Shown in pieces: positions 25,690 to 38,518 of a DNA stretch of 64,000 nt. The stretch lies in contig MU058836.1 of assembly GCA_013265495.1 (NCBI GenBank), positions 248,001-312,000 of the forward strand, read 5' to 3'. The notes beneath the pieces are model-generated. The model ran no database searches. It was not told where the DNA came from and worked only from the letters and a program-made list of their open reading frames with translations. The stretch's first letter is position 1, and every line of letters starts with the position of its first letter. The translations under genes and the position numbers were made by a program. The stretch is from Vicugna vicugna. Taxonomy: Eukaryota.

Positions 25690-26475
25690 AACTCAGTCCT
25701 TCTCCTCCTGTGGAGTGGGAGCTTGGAAGAAAGAGGATGTATTTTCTTTGGCTAAGCTTTCAAGCCAGAAGTTCAGGAGGGAGTCAGCCTGAGGAAAGCA
25801 GATACTGTTGGTTGACTATGCATGCTTCTCTCCAGCCCCAGGGAGGGGTTATGAACCTATGCCCCTTGACAGTAACCAGTTTAGATGGTGGCATGGATGT
25901 AATCCAAACCAGTGAGGTGTGAAAGAAAATCTGCTGGAGGATTTGGGAAAGTTTGCCTTCAAAAAAAAAAAAAAATAGGAAAAACCTGGTCTCTTTTTAC
26001 CTCCAGACATTGTCATTCCTAGCTGTGAGATCTACAGCTGCAGTAGCCAACTTGCAACCAAGAGAGGATGCAGCAGGAGACAAGGACAGACAGAAGGAGT
26101 TGAAAGAAACTAGACCCCAAATTCTTTATTTTTTTAATTGAAGTATAGTCAGTTTACAATGCTGTGTCGGTTTCTGGTGCACAGCATAATGTTTCAGTCA
26201 TACATGTATTCCTTTCCATTTCCTTTTTTGTTATAGGTTACTACAAGATATTGAACATGTGGAATACTACTCAGCCATAAAAAAGGATAAAATAATGCCA
26301 TTTGCCGCAAAATGGATGGACCTGGAGATCATCAAAGACCCCAAATGGTGCTGCTGAATAGCCAGCACTGGTGCCCCCTTTTCTCTAAAGTTCTTATACT
26401 GTGAGATAATATATTTCTTTACTGTGTAAACCACTTAGAATTCATTTTCTCTGTTACTTGAGGCCAAAATAATCA
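25690..26475 (+). mobile_element. Old MaLR LTR (MLT1J/K-like) split by an L1
   Basis: 'gctgcagtagccaacttgcaacca...tgtgagataat...ttttctctgttacttgaggccaaa'. Confidence 0.6.
26123..26335 (-). mobile_element. Short 5'-inverted L1 insertion
   Basis: Minus 3' end to about 26257, then plus-strand 'tggaatactactcagccataaaaaagg...gatggacctggagatcatc'; TSD agaccccaaat at 26112-26122 and 26336-26346. Confidence 0.85.
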
Positions 26476-26999
26476 ATAATTTGGTTTACTGAATTGGCTT
26501 AAATTATTGAAGACTTATTTTTAAAGTATAGGTTTTGCACATGTAGCATCATAACAAACAGGGGACACCCCATACCTGTTTTGGCCAAGTCGCCCTCGTA
26601 TCCCTGATAGCCCTGCTGTGGGCAGTGCTGCTGGCCTTCATTCTCAGCTGGGTGACCCACTGACTTAAGGGTCTACACTGAACTGTTGCGTCTATGATAG
26701 CCCCTTAATTAATGCCCAAATCACACACCACCCCTTCCTTCCTCCCTTAGACTTAACAGAACACTCACTTCCTAAGCCAGACCCCTGACATCTCTTACAG
26801 GAAAGGGAATCTAGACCATACTCAGGCAGAAGCAAACCACATGATCTTTTCCACGTCCACCTATCCCATTTATTAAGTTCCTTAACACAGCCAGCACTTG
26901 GTTAAGCCCTTGATGAATTAAAGGGACACTGACCCCCCAAGTTGACTTTAAACTCCTAAGAACCATCCTTCAAACAACACCTAGGTATTCCTAGAGAAT

Positions 27000-27900
27000 G
27001 CATCCATTTATTTCTTTAATTTATTCAGCATTTAGTGAGCAGTTAATCTATTCCATGCCTTCTGCTAGGCCATGTGTCCCTTGGGGACACAACAATGAAT
27101 AAGCCTTTTATTTATTCAACAAATGAGTGTCTACCTAGTGCCAGACATTTGTTATGTATTCACCCAAACACTAGGTAAAGGGGAGGAACGTGGTGAGAGG
27201 GAACATTCTAGGCAAAGGGAACTACAGGTGCAAAGGCACTGAAGCTGAAGGGGTACAATTCAGAAAGTCAAAGCCAGTGTGACTGGAGCACAATGAGCAA
27301 GGGAGAAACTGTTTCAAGATGTGGCTGGAGAGGCAGGAGGCAAGGGCTGTTTCCCAAAGTCTCCTTTATTCCATATTACGAAGTTTGGACCTTTTCCTAA
27401 AGGTCCTGATGTGACACTGAAAAATTTTAAGCAGGCTGGCAAACTGACCAGACTTTTGCCAGAAGGGCCAAGCCTCGAATCAGGAAGACTAGTAGAAAAA
27501 TAAATAAATAAACATGAGGAATGACTTAACAAAGGTCACGACAATGTGAATGGAGAAGAGAGGATAGAAGAGAGACGTCAGATAGGTGGGATCATCAGAA
27601 GATGCTGGCCGCCATACTACTGGAGGAGGAGGTGAGAAAGAAGGACCAAGAGGCAGAGATGATGCTCAGGTTTCAAGGGGAGTCAGTTTGAGCGGAGTGG
27701 AATTAGAGTGCATTTAGTGAACTGACATATTGCGTCCAAGGTGGAGGATTCGAGCTAGACATTAAGATATACACATTTGAAGCTCGAGAGAAAAATCTGA
27801 ATGGAAAAAAATTGGGTTCCATAGCAAATGGGTGGTTCAAAGACGTAGAAATGGATACCACCTAGAGAAATGACGTAAAGTAAAAAAAAAAACAAAAAAA
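27000..27900 (-). mobile_element. L2 LINE remnant(s)
   Basis: 'atttattcagcatttagtgagc', 'aacattctaggcaaagggaactacaggtgcaaaggcactgaag'. Confidence 0.7.
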
Positions 27901-27924
27901 AAACCGAGGAGCCCTCTTGGAAAT

Positions 27925-29190
27925 CCCTGAGGACAGTCTCTATTTGTGGGCCTTGGGCAAGAAAACCAATGGAGGTCTGCATGCATAGGATTAAATATGT
28001 GAAAGTGAAACATCAAATTAGCAGGCTATGAAAGTGTTCAATCCTCCTACTTTTAAAATTAAACCTTTGTAATAATACAATTTTAAATGTGTAAAATAAT
28101 GGTTTTAGGAGACTAAAATTTGGCACAATATTAACAAGATGACTGAGCTCAATCATTATTTTATATATATAGATATTCACTGACGTATAGTCAGTTACAA
28201 TGCATCAGTTTCTGGTGTACAGTGTAATGTTTCAGTCATACGTATACGCATATATTTGTTTTCTTATTCTTTTTCATTGTAGTTTACTATAAGATATTGA
28301 ATATAGTTCCCTGTGCTCTACAGAAGAAATTTGTTTTTATCTATTTTTTATACAGTAGTTAGTATTTGCAAATCTGGAACTCCCAATTTATCCCTTCCCA
28401 CCCCTCAATGATTATTTTAAGTCTGCCTGTTCTGTTGGTAGACCAGCAATGCGCAAAACAGGGATAAAGAGTCATACACACTTCATGAGTTTTATCGATT
28501 TAGCCCATGAAATCTATTTTCTTGTCTTCATTTCAACAAAATCACTAATTATGTTGCTATAACCAAGATTCTCATATAATTCATGTTTTTTCCCCACAGT
28601 AGTGCCAAAATGGAAAATTGAGGCAGTTGCAATTGAACATGTCAAAAAAATTGTTAAAGCAATGCTTCAATTCAGAAATGAATCATTAATTTTACATATT
28701 AAGTTCAAAAATTGTAATCGACAGATATCTAGCAAATATCAGAGAGTATTTTCACTTGATTATCTCTTCAAGTAAGATCTAGATCAATAGAGCAAGGTAG
28801 AAATTCAGTATCATACTTCACAGTCATTACATCTAAACCTGCATATGTACACATTTAAGATCCATGCGAGTTAATAGCACAAAATGTTTCTTTGCTTCTA
28901 TGGGACACTACGGTAAATTCCACATCAATTCATGACTGTCTCTAGAACTCTGAATTGGAAAATCTAGAGAAGCAGGAAAGTGGACACTTGGCACTTTGGA
29001 GAAATGGTACTTCATTATATAAGAACATACTGCATTCATGTTATCTGAGAGGAAAGATTTGACACATTAATTAATTTGTCTTTTCTCTTATCTAAGCACT
29101 TTTGCCACTCAGATCCTCCCTGAACTCCAAAGCAGTGTCCATCACTGGCTTCTGCAGTGGTGTAAGTCACACACCATTATGGGCCCTGCA
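27925..29190 (-). mobile_element. hAT (Tip100/Zaphod-like) DNA transposon with decayed transposase C-terminus, split by L1 at 28177-28405
   Basis: Ends '...gggccctg'; minus-strand translation near 28620-28685 DSFLN*SIALTIFLTCSIATAS resembles the hAT dimerisation motif; IISDFVEMKTRK* near 28515-28550. Confidence 0.65.
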
Positions 29191-29605
29191 CTTAAAAATC
29201 TTTTATTTAGAAGTGATGGGTAAAAGAGATGCTGAAGGATTTTCCCGGGGCGTGAACAGTGTTAGTCGTGAGAGTGATTGCTTAAGGTTATGAGATACTG
29301 CTGAGCACTGGATCCCCAATGGTAGACCTGTCCTTGTGTCCTTCAGTAAATTTAGTGGGAGGGTATAATATGTGGAATCTTCCAAAGGATGCTGTTCAGG
29401 CCAGAGCTTCCTATTACTGTGTCTGAGGAGACTCAATGGCTAACAAGTGATTGGAAAGAGAAGATTCCATGAAGGAGTTTGAGGTGGAATGGCCAGAGAA
29501 AGAGAAAATCAGAAATGGCATTGCAGAAATCAAGGGAACAAGGATTTCCAAGGGATCGCCAACAGAGGCAAGGGTTGCAAAGAGGGGGGGATAAGTAGGA
29601 CTTTG

Positions 29606-30025
29606 GGTAAGCAAAATGTGGCATATCCATACAATCCAATATTATTCACTAGTGGAAAGGAATAAAGTACTGATGCATGTTACAACACAGAGGACCCTCA
29701 AAAAATTATGCAAAGTGAAAGAAACCAATCACAAAAGACCATGTATATAGTATGATACAATTTTATGTATTGTCCACTGTAGGCAAATCTACAGAGACAG
29801 AAAATAGTTCAGTGGTTGAGAGGGGCTGGCAGAGCTGGAGGAAAGGGCAATGATGGCTAACGGTATAGAATTTCTTTTTGAGGAGATGAGAATGTTCTAA
29901 ATTTAGATTATGACAATGGCTGCACAACTCTGTAAATATACTAAAGGCCATCGAACTATATACTTTCAACAGAAGAACTTCGTGGTATGTAAATTACCTC
30001 TCAGACGGTTTTTTAAAAAGGGAAA
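29606..30025 (+). mobile_element. L1MB-like 3'UTR
   Basis: 'aaaatgtggcatatccatacaat...gcaaatctacagagacagaaaatag...gaatgttctaaatttagat'. Confidence 0.85.
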
Positions 30026-30969
30026 AATAGATATCCACTTCATTTAAGATCACATCAGCCTGGGTCTGATCCTCCAAACGTCGTCCACCTAACTGTGGAA
30101 AATCAAACCTTGGGAGCTGTCAGATGTGTAAGACTAAACAATCTACCACGGTGATTTGTTCATTGTTCCTGCCCCAGCTCCCAAAAACTCGATCTTCTAT
30201 TCTTTGAAAAACAAAAGATGAGCTAGAGGGACCACTTCATAATAAAGGTCTTTCACACTAAGGTAAACTTGAAAACAGAGAACATTTAGGCAAAAATCCA
30301 TTTACCGTGTCAGTAATTTTCAGCATTTCCCCTGCTGTTATTGTAGATAATTGAGTAAAAGCTTTTCCTTCCCTATTTCAAGCATCAGTTTCCAACGGAT
30401 CCTCTTAGAAATTCAGTTTTGAGATTTCACTTCAAGATCATGGCTACAGAGTTTATAGGAAATACATGTGTGTTTGGTAAATGGAACCCGTTTTCTTGAG
30501 GCAGACCCTTCGAACAACTGGAAGAAAACAGAAGAGGGGGGAAAAAGGTAAAATCTCCCAGCAAATTTATCAATACAGTCGTAGTTGCATTTTTTTGGTT
30601 ATCTTCCAGTTGACTACATGTCGAGGTATAAATCCGTATCTTTTCCAACTAACCAATTATTCAGCGTTTATGTGAATTCAAGGTACTAAATGCTAATGTA
30701 TTTCTCTTGCTCGTGTATTTCATGCATAAATTAGTTGCAAAGTCCTTAAGCTGCCTAATGTCCAAATTCTGGCTAATGTGTAGCATTGAATATATACCTT
30801 CTAAGAATTTATTTCTTAAAACCACAGAAGTTGGGGATATAGGACCTACAGACAAGTAATATGTAATGGAGTGATTAATAACTCACAGGGGACCTTATAA
30901 AATCTCACAATAACAATTCCAGATAATAGGGTACTTAATATTTATAAACTTTTTAATTTTTACCTGTAG

Positions 30970-31062
30970 GTTTTTTTATTTTAATGGATGTACTGAGGAT
31001 TGAACCCAGGACCTCACGTATGCTAAGCACATGCTCTATCACTGAGCTATACCCACCCCTCC
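30970..31062 (-). mobile_element. Camelid tRNA-derived SINE (vic-1 type)
   Basis: 'gtactgaggattgaacccaggacctcacgtatgctaagcacatgctctatcactgagctatac'. Confidence 0.85.
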
Positions 31063-31639
31063 CAGGAAAATTAACATTTACACTTTCACAGTTTACACGA
31101 TCCAGTCATATACAATACTTTGGTTTTTAAGAAATGAGGAGAGCAGTAGTCCTAACATCTCCACTCTTTAGATGGGTAAACTAAGGTTGGTCAAACTATT
31201 AAGTAGATCTCCTGGCTGGATGTTTCCAGAGTACCCTATCTTTAACATCCATTCATGTCTAATTACTTCCCTCTAAAGCTTCATGGAAGCAGGGACCTAG
31301 TATAGCATCTGGCACTCAGTATGTGCTCCATAACCACAAGCTGAATTAAACTGATCAAGTTCCCACAGCTAGGAAGGCACAGAGACAAGATGTCAGAGTC
31401 TACATCACATGTTCTTTTAAGGCCTAATAGTGGGACTTTTTTAACCTGTTGTTACTGTCAGCTCATGAAAGAAAGAGAGGAGAAAGAATGAAAGGAAGGA
31501 AGGAAGGGGAAAAAAGATGCGATGTGAGACAGCTAGACCAGGAATATGTTTACTCTTATACCCCAAACCACCTGTGTGGAGCAGCATTTTTGCATATAGC
31601 TCAGGCGTCATATAGTTCCATGGTCACGTATCTCAGTGG

Positions 31640-31900
31640 GTAAGAGTCAGAGGGCTGTGGAGTCAAGTTTTTACCCAAAACTTTGTCCTACTCGCTCCAG
31701 CTGAAACTTCTCCAGTGTATCACTGAAACTTCTCAGTTTCTTCATTTGCAAAATGGAGATAAAAACAAAAAATCTCTCAGGATGATTGTGATGGTTACAC
31801 GAAATCTGTCAGATCCATAAACCAAACTATGCAGCACAACGCCTGGCACTTAGCATTCACTATCCGTCATTGTCTTCATCGTCTTGATCATTACTATTAC
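31640..31900 (+). mobile_element. MIR SINE
   Basis: 'ctcagtttcttcatttgcaaaatggagataa...gcctggcacttag'. Confidence 0.75.
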
Positions 31901-33189
31901 TATTACTATTACTATGTGTCTCTAACAAGAAAAGCAAAAGCCTCTTGGGTTAAACACAGGATTGTCAACGGCAGAAATGGCAATTTGCTGAGAACCCATG
32001 CTTGACTTGGAGATGGAAAAGCTTTTACTCAATTTTCTACAATAATAGATGAGTAAATGTTAGCTCTGTCATCTCTTTCATAGGACACTGAAGCCACCAG
32101 AGGCAGAGATGGCATCTCCAGCTTCCTGGGGGAGAAGTTCATTGACTTATAAGTTAAAGAATCTATTCTCTTCTACCAGACTTGAGTCACTGAATCTCCT
32201 CATCCTACTTCCATTGCTCTTTGCATTTTTTTTTTTCCTGGGCAACTACAACCCTACTTGATCATTTTAGAAATTCCTAAATCTCTTTGCAGCTCAGAGA
32301 AATACGTTCTTTCATTTGCATATACATCTTTCCCTTTACTGCTAGGGGCAATCATTTCTGATTTAAATTGCTTCTTGTGGACACAAAGACTCCCAACTGT
32401 TGTGACCTGAAAGACTAAGTTGCCTTCCTCACTGACCCCTTTCATCAAAACTTTCCTCTTCATCTCCTTTTTCTGCACCTCCTAGCATCGCTGTCTCTGA
32501 GACAGATCGTGGTTCAGAATACCGTTGAACTATCTTTGTCCAGACACAGACACTCCATGCATGTCTTTGTGAATATAGAGCATTAGAAGTCAGACTTGGA
32601 TGTGAATCCTGATTTATTCATAAATTAGGTGACTTGAGTTTTTGGCAAGCTATTTCATATCCCCATAGCTTGGTTTACACATTTATGAATTAGCAATAAT
32701 AATACCTACCTCATTCACTTGTGGTAAGATCACACAAACACAAAATGCTTTGCAAAATATGACATCCTTCAAAAAAATACTTTTCATTACCAGAAATGAC
32801 AGTATAGTAAACGAAAGGATGGGACATCAATATGGATTTAGAGCCCACTGGGTGATCGGTAATTTTATGAGTCCTGTACACCAGAAACTGACACATTGCA
32901 ATTGACTGTTCTTCAAAAAAAATAATTTTTTTAAAAATGAAAGAAAATGTTACTTTGTTAACCTCTGGGTCAATGCATTATTCCAGGCTGCTCCTCCATT
33001 TCTTTTTGCTCAGGAATCCTTCCTCTCTTCCACGAGTGTAGATGCGATGGCCAATGCTCCGTCTCTGTTCCTCTCCTCCCTTTACACCCTTTCTCTTGTC
33101 AAGTTCAGCCTCGCCATTATGTCAACTATCAGCTGTAGACAAATGTTTCACAAATCTACCCTGCAAGCCAGGGAGTCATGAGACCGTTA

Positions 33190-33368
33190 AAATCTCTTCA
33201 CTTTTACATTATAATGTAACCTAATCATAGAAGTGACCTCCATCATATTAACAGCTAGATGACATTCAACATATGGTTCCCACCCACACTCAAGGCAAGC
33301 AGATTATATAGACGTGGATACCAGGGAGCGGGATTCTTGGGGACCATCTTAGACTTCTGCCTACCACA
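33190..33368 (-). mobile_element. MaLR LTR fragment (MLT1D/E-like)
   Basis: 'gtaacctaatcatagaagtgac...ggggaccatcttagacttctgcctaccaca'. Confidence 0.75.
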
Positions 33369-36300
33369 AACATCGGTCATCTCCCAAGCAGAAGGGATAC
33401 AGACAAGAATTTGACATGTGCTTTACCTTCAAAGAGTTGTAAGTTGGATAATAATTGTCCCTACCTCATAGGTCTAGATGGGTAAGCTTATATGGGAAAA
33501 GATACGTGTAGGGTTAATCACCATGCCTGACACACGGGAATTAGTGCTCAGAAAGGTTAGTTATTATGACCAAGTGATTGGAACAGTCTGTGAAAAGACG
33601 TGTGGAACTTCTGAGCAAGGCATAGGCTGAGCGGAGGAATATTCAGTTGTTGAGGAGATCAGAAAGGGCTTCAAAGAATAGAAGCCAATTGACCTTAACC
33701 TTCTCAGAAATCTCATCAGATTGGCTAGCTTAAACCAATTTTGAAAAAATATTTGACAACAGAGGCTCAGTTAAGGAACTTACACAAGGCCATTCAGCTA
33801 GTAAGAGATGAAAGCAAATTTTGCACCCAGGTCTTCTGACTGGGGGGCCGGAGCGTCATGGTATGTGTGTACATGTATACAGTGACCAGGAGTCCATTTC
33901 AACCAGAGTGAGGCATGCTGGGGGGACTAGTGGAAAACAAGCTAATGCGTATAGCATGAGTTTTTTACATCACTGAAACTCAGGGGAAGGGGGTTAAAAT
34001 TAAGCAAACCCAAAAGGTAGGTGCCTTTGACAGTAGAATTGTCTAACACCTAATCAGAATTTTACTTTGGAAAGATCGTTCTGGTCTCTGTGGATGAGAT
34101 GCATTATAAGGCAACAAGGAAATACATGATGGGGGCTGGGTCACGGAAGTTGCATTGGTGCTTTAGGTGGGAGGCAACAGAAACTAGAGTGAGCAGTGGA
34201 CAGCAGAGGTAGGAGAAATGCTAGAAATGGAAATGAGCAGTTAATAGGAGTTGGAAGGAAGACCTGACGAAGCTGAACCCCTCCTTAGAACTCTCCAGCC
34301 CTTCGCCCTATAGGCTCGCTTCCATCTTCGGTCCTCTGCTCATATGCCATGCATCAGCCCAGCTGGACCACCTAAGCTGTTAGCAATGCGCTCCAAACTT
34401 ACCATGCCGATGTGTTTTCTTCCTTGGGAATAGTCTTCCTTGCATCCCTCCTCTGGCAAAATCCTAACTTTCCTTCAATGCCCCTTTTAAGTGTCTCTGA
34501 TTTTAAAGAACCATCTGGGAACCTTTCCCCTTCCCAAACTCACGTGACCGCTAGCTCCTCCAAACACTTAAAAATCGGCGCTGTACCACTCAGCACTTCC
34601 GCACATGCCTTATACGGATCTCTAATTGATTTCAGCTCAATACAAGGAGCATCTCTCCAACAATTAGAGCTCTTTGCGTATGAAGAGATGAGCGGCCTGT
34701 CAAGGAAGGGACTGGTTCTCACTGAAGTTTGTGTGCGATTGCGGTAATAGTCAGGGAATTGTAATGAATCCCCAGACCTGCTGGAGAGACTTTAACATCT
34801 AATGGGAATGTGGGACTGGGAAGTCTTCGAAATCCTGTATCACTCACAGATTCTGGATTACATCTAATAATGTAGTGTTCATTCAGTAAACATCTCCTGA
34901 GTACCTACTTTGGACTTCAATAGGAAACACAAACTCAAATGCTTACCAGTGACATGTGAGGTAGGTGGCTTAGGTGAGGAAGTGGGCTGAGTATTGGGGA
35001 TCATTGGGAAGTAGTGGGGACAGCAGACGTGCTCTGGTTTAAAGCTAGGACTCACTCCTCAGCACCACCCCCATTGCTGCTGAGCAGGAATGGGGATTCA
35101 GCATTACTAGCCATTTTGATTATTCAAGGGAAATTGGAAAAACTGATTTTGTATAAAATGTCTTATTTTTTGTCAGTTGACACATAATTCCTTTCATAAA
35201 AAGCAAAGTGAAACCAAAAAACTACTGTACAGGTCCAACCAAACGCATCCAAGAGTTGGAGTCTGCCCTCGGGCGCCGTTTTGAGACCCAACATGAAATA
35301 GCATACTAGATTCTTGGTATAAGAAAGACAAACCTGACCTTGAGAAGCCCCACACTCTTGTGGGGAAGACAGGCTTTTTAACAGATAATTGCAACAGAAT
35401 GCACATGTAGCAAACTTCAGGTTTTTGTTCAAAAATAAACAAAGGTATCCAGTGGCAGAAAGAAGAAAAAGAAACTTTTGCTGGAATTGCATGTGGTTTG
35501 CCGTGGTTGTATGTCCCAAATTACAATTGTTTGCTGCTCCCAGATAAACCTATTTTGCTGGTTAAAAAAAAAAATGGAGACAGGGAATTAATGTCAGAAG
35601 CGTGCAATCGGTGTGTATGGGAGAGATGGAAAATGTAGTGAGAGCTTCAGGAACGTAAGAAGAACAAGCAGTAAAATGACTTTCCAGTAGGGATGAATAG
35701 AGCCCTAAGTCTCTTCCTTTGGGTAACTGGACACGGGAGCAGTTTTTGTTTAAGGAGAAATATGACACTGTCAGATTGGAGTAAGATGCACATGATGCAG
35801 CTGCAAAACATCTAGAAAACAATGTTTAATTATTCAATACAGAGTTGGAAGGTTGAAAGAAAAAAATGAAAACAAGGGATGAAAGTTTGGGCATCACCTA
35901 TAGAGTTATATTGTTTAAAGTCATGGACGTGAATTAGATCAAGAGGAGAGAATAGGGCTCACAGCCTATGAAAGAAGCTTCTAGGGACAAGTGCAGAATG
36001 AGAAAGTCCAGGAAAGTGAATACAAAATATTGGGAAAGCAAAGACAGACCCAAGTCCCCAGGCTGAGGCTGGGGCACTTGCCGAGAAGTCCTTTTCTTTC
36101 CACTCCTTCTAAACTAGGTCTTCCCCAAAGTACAGCTACTGGAGGAAAAAAAAGGGGGGAAACTATAAACTCTAAAACCAGCAGGACAGGGACGACTTCC
36201 ACTCCGGGAACTGTCACCCAGTAAAGAGCTGAAAGCAAGTCGTGAAGAGAACATTGTTGGGTGGCCAACATTTCATTTGGGATTGTCACCCGGAGAATAT

Positions 36301-36831
36301 TCTTTCCACAGCTCAGAGCAAGAACGTTTGTTTTCATTTGAGAAGAAACAGCTTTCTGCCCTGACTTGCAAAGGCAATGCAGGTCCTGAGGAAGGGATTC
36401 ATTATTTCCAACTGCAGTCTTCCCACATTCCCAACACAAGGCGTGATTCCACACCCAGACACATTCAGACCAACTTCAGAGCAGTGGGGCACAGACACGT
36501 TCTTAGGGCGCACCTATTCATCACAGTCTACTTTCTTTTTCTTAAGAAAAAAAAATGAAGGTCTCCTGGGAAATAAGGAAAACGGAGCAAGCCAAATTAG
36601 GAGTTTAGTGGACTGGAGATGTGAAGTTTCAGAAACTCCCTTTTCCCCCATTAATCCTTCTTTTTTGTCCCTTATCCATTATGTGGGATTAGTTCTTTGT
36701 AAATTTGGATTTGTACTGATGAATTAAATTCTTGGCAACCGCTGTTCCTGCTGACTGGGTGCTTCTTTGTGTTCTTTGTAAGATCTATAACTCATTGCAC
36801 CTGTTGCATCTGAATAGTCCTCTCCAGTCAG

Positions 36832-36833
<2 letters not shown>

Positions 36834-36877
<44 letters not shown>
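36834..36877. repeat. (TG)n microsatellite
   Basis: about 21 tandem units seen directly. Confidence 0.95.
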
Positions 36878-36878
<1 letters not shown>

Positions 36879-38466
36879 CTTTAAAGCCTTCCACGACATT
36901 CAGTGTAAAAGGAAGAATGCCGGTAGATGGGAGGGGCTGCTGAACGGTGGACTGAATGATGAAGGCAAGTTGGAGAATCTCTTTCCTTGGCGATCTTTTA
37001 AGAAAAGCACCAGGAAAAAAACCCCAAAAAACCTCTCAGCAGCACAATGGGCAGTCAGTGCTCATTTTGGACAAGAAGTTATAAAAGATGAATTCTGAAG
37101 ACCGTTCAGCCCTTGAGGGCTACTTAGATGTCTCGCTAGAGATCAAGAAGGGAATTTGGTGACCCTCTAGGTCCACATAGCAGTTTTAGGATGGGGTAAG
37201 CCTAGGTCAGAGAGGTCCAGCAGGAACATACCCAAGGCAACACAAGCCACTAGTGAAAGGCAGGAACTGGAACCCACACCTCCCAATTCTACCCCACCCC
37301 GAATATACACAGTCTCACTTTACATCCTCTTTTGTTCTCTCAGATAAATATTAACCAGCTGTTCTGCAAGGCCTCGGTAGAGAAGTTCTCTATTTTCATC
37401 AAGTTTCACATTTCAGAAAAATTACATCAGAATTTATGTCAGAAGGATGTTGTATTTTTTTTCCAATGAAATAGATTTTTTAATGGGAAAAAGAGAAAGT
37501 GGCCCAGGATGTATATCTTAGCAGCTGAATAAACAGGTCTAGAGAACAAGCATTTTTGGCTTTATATGTTATATATTATTTATAATGCATTCATTCAATT
37601 TATTAAAGATTGGACCATTAGTTTCATAATATAATACATTCTCTCCCTTGATTTCCCATCTAGAGCTCTTTCTGAAATGGAAGACAGCCAAATGGAGTGA
37701 GAGCACCTTTCTTGGAGGTTCTGGGAGGTTTTCTTTCTTATTTTTCCCTATTCCCCACTGCTACCCACTGCCAACACCATCATGTACAAGCCTCTTCCCA
37801 CACGTCCTTGAGCCCATCTGTAAGTTATCCATTGCTTATCTGGGCCTCCAGAAATGTGGAGGGGGTCTGGTCCTAGAGATGACAATATTCTTCCATATTC
37901 CTGAAACGGGCGGTCATTTATGGGATGTGGTGTCCCTGCAAATGGGCTAATCCCTATGTTATCAGAAACATCAGCCTAGAGCCGGACACTGACATCCCCA
38001 GCAACTACCTTCCATTGAGAGGCTAAGTATGTAAACGGACCATGGTCCCAGCTTGTCCGCTGTGCCTTCCTACAGGGTTATTTTCACCTGGAAGACTCTG
38101 AGATGGTAACTAGAACGTATTCATCTGAAAACATCATTGGCCACAAACTACCACACCCTTGCAGAAACGAAGCAGGATCCTGAAAGACTGAGTACACAGA
38201 CAGGAAGCTTTGACTGAGGGAAGTACAGAGAGTTAAGCATGATCTGAGGCTGGAACTCAGAGATCTGTTAGTAGGAAAAGGGCAAGAGAAAGGGTTTCCA
38301 GAGACAGGCTTCAGCCTCTTCTCTATCAGACCCAGAGCTGTCTCTTCTGGATGCTACCCTGGCGCGTTACCGGGGCAGCCCAGCTTGAAGGCACTTGTCA
38401 GAAGTAACCCGGGAGGAAGTGGAGCCCATGTCCCCACTCCAAGGTGCTGTCTCAGTTGCCACTCAC

Positions 38467-38518
38467 CTGTCCAGATGGGATTCCTCTTCTGCAGACTGGA
38501 GAAATGTAGGTATTCACC
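38467..38518 (-). other. Candidate 52-nt internal exon
   Basis: Acceptor aatttctccttttggcag|, donor CAG|gtgagt; two open frames (GEYLHFSSLQKRNPIWT or VNTYISPVCRRGIPSGQ). Confidence 0.4.
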
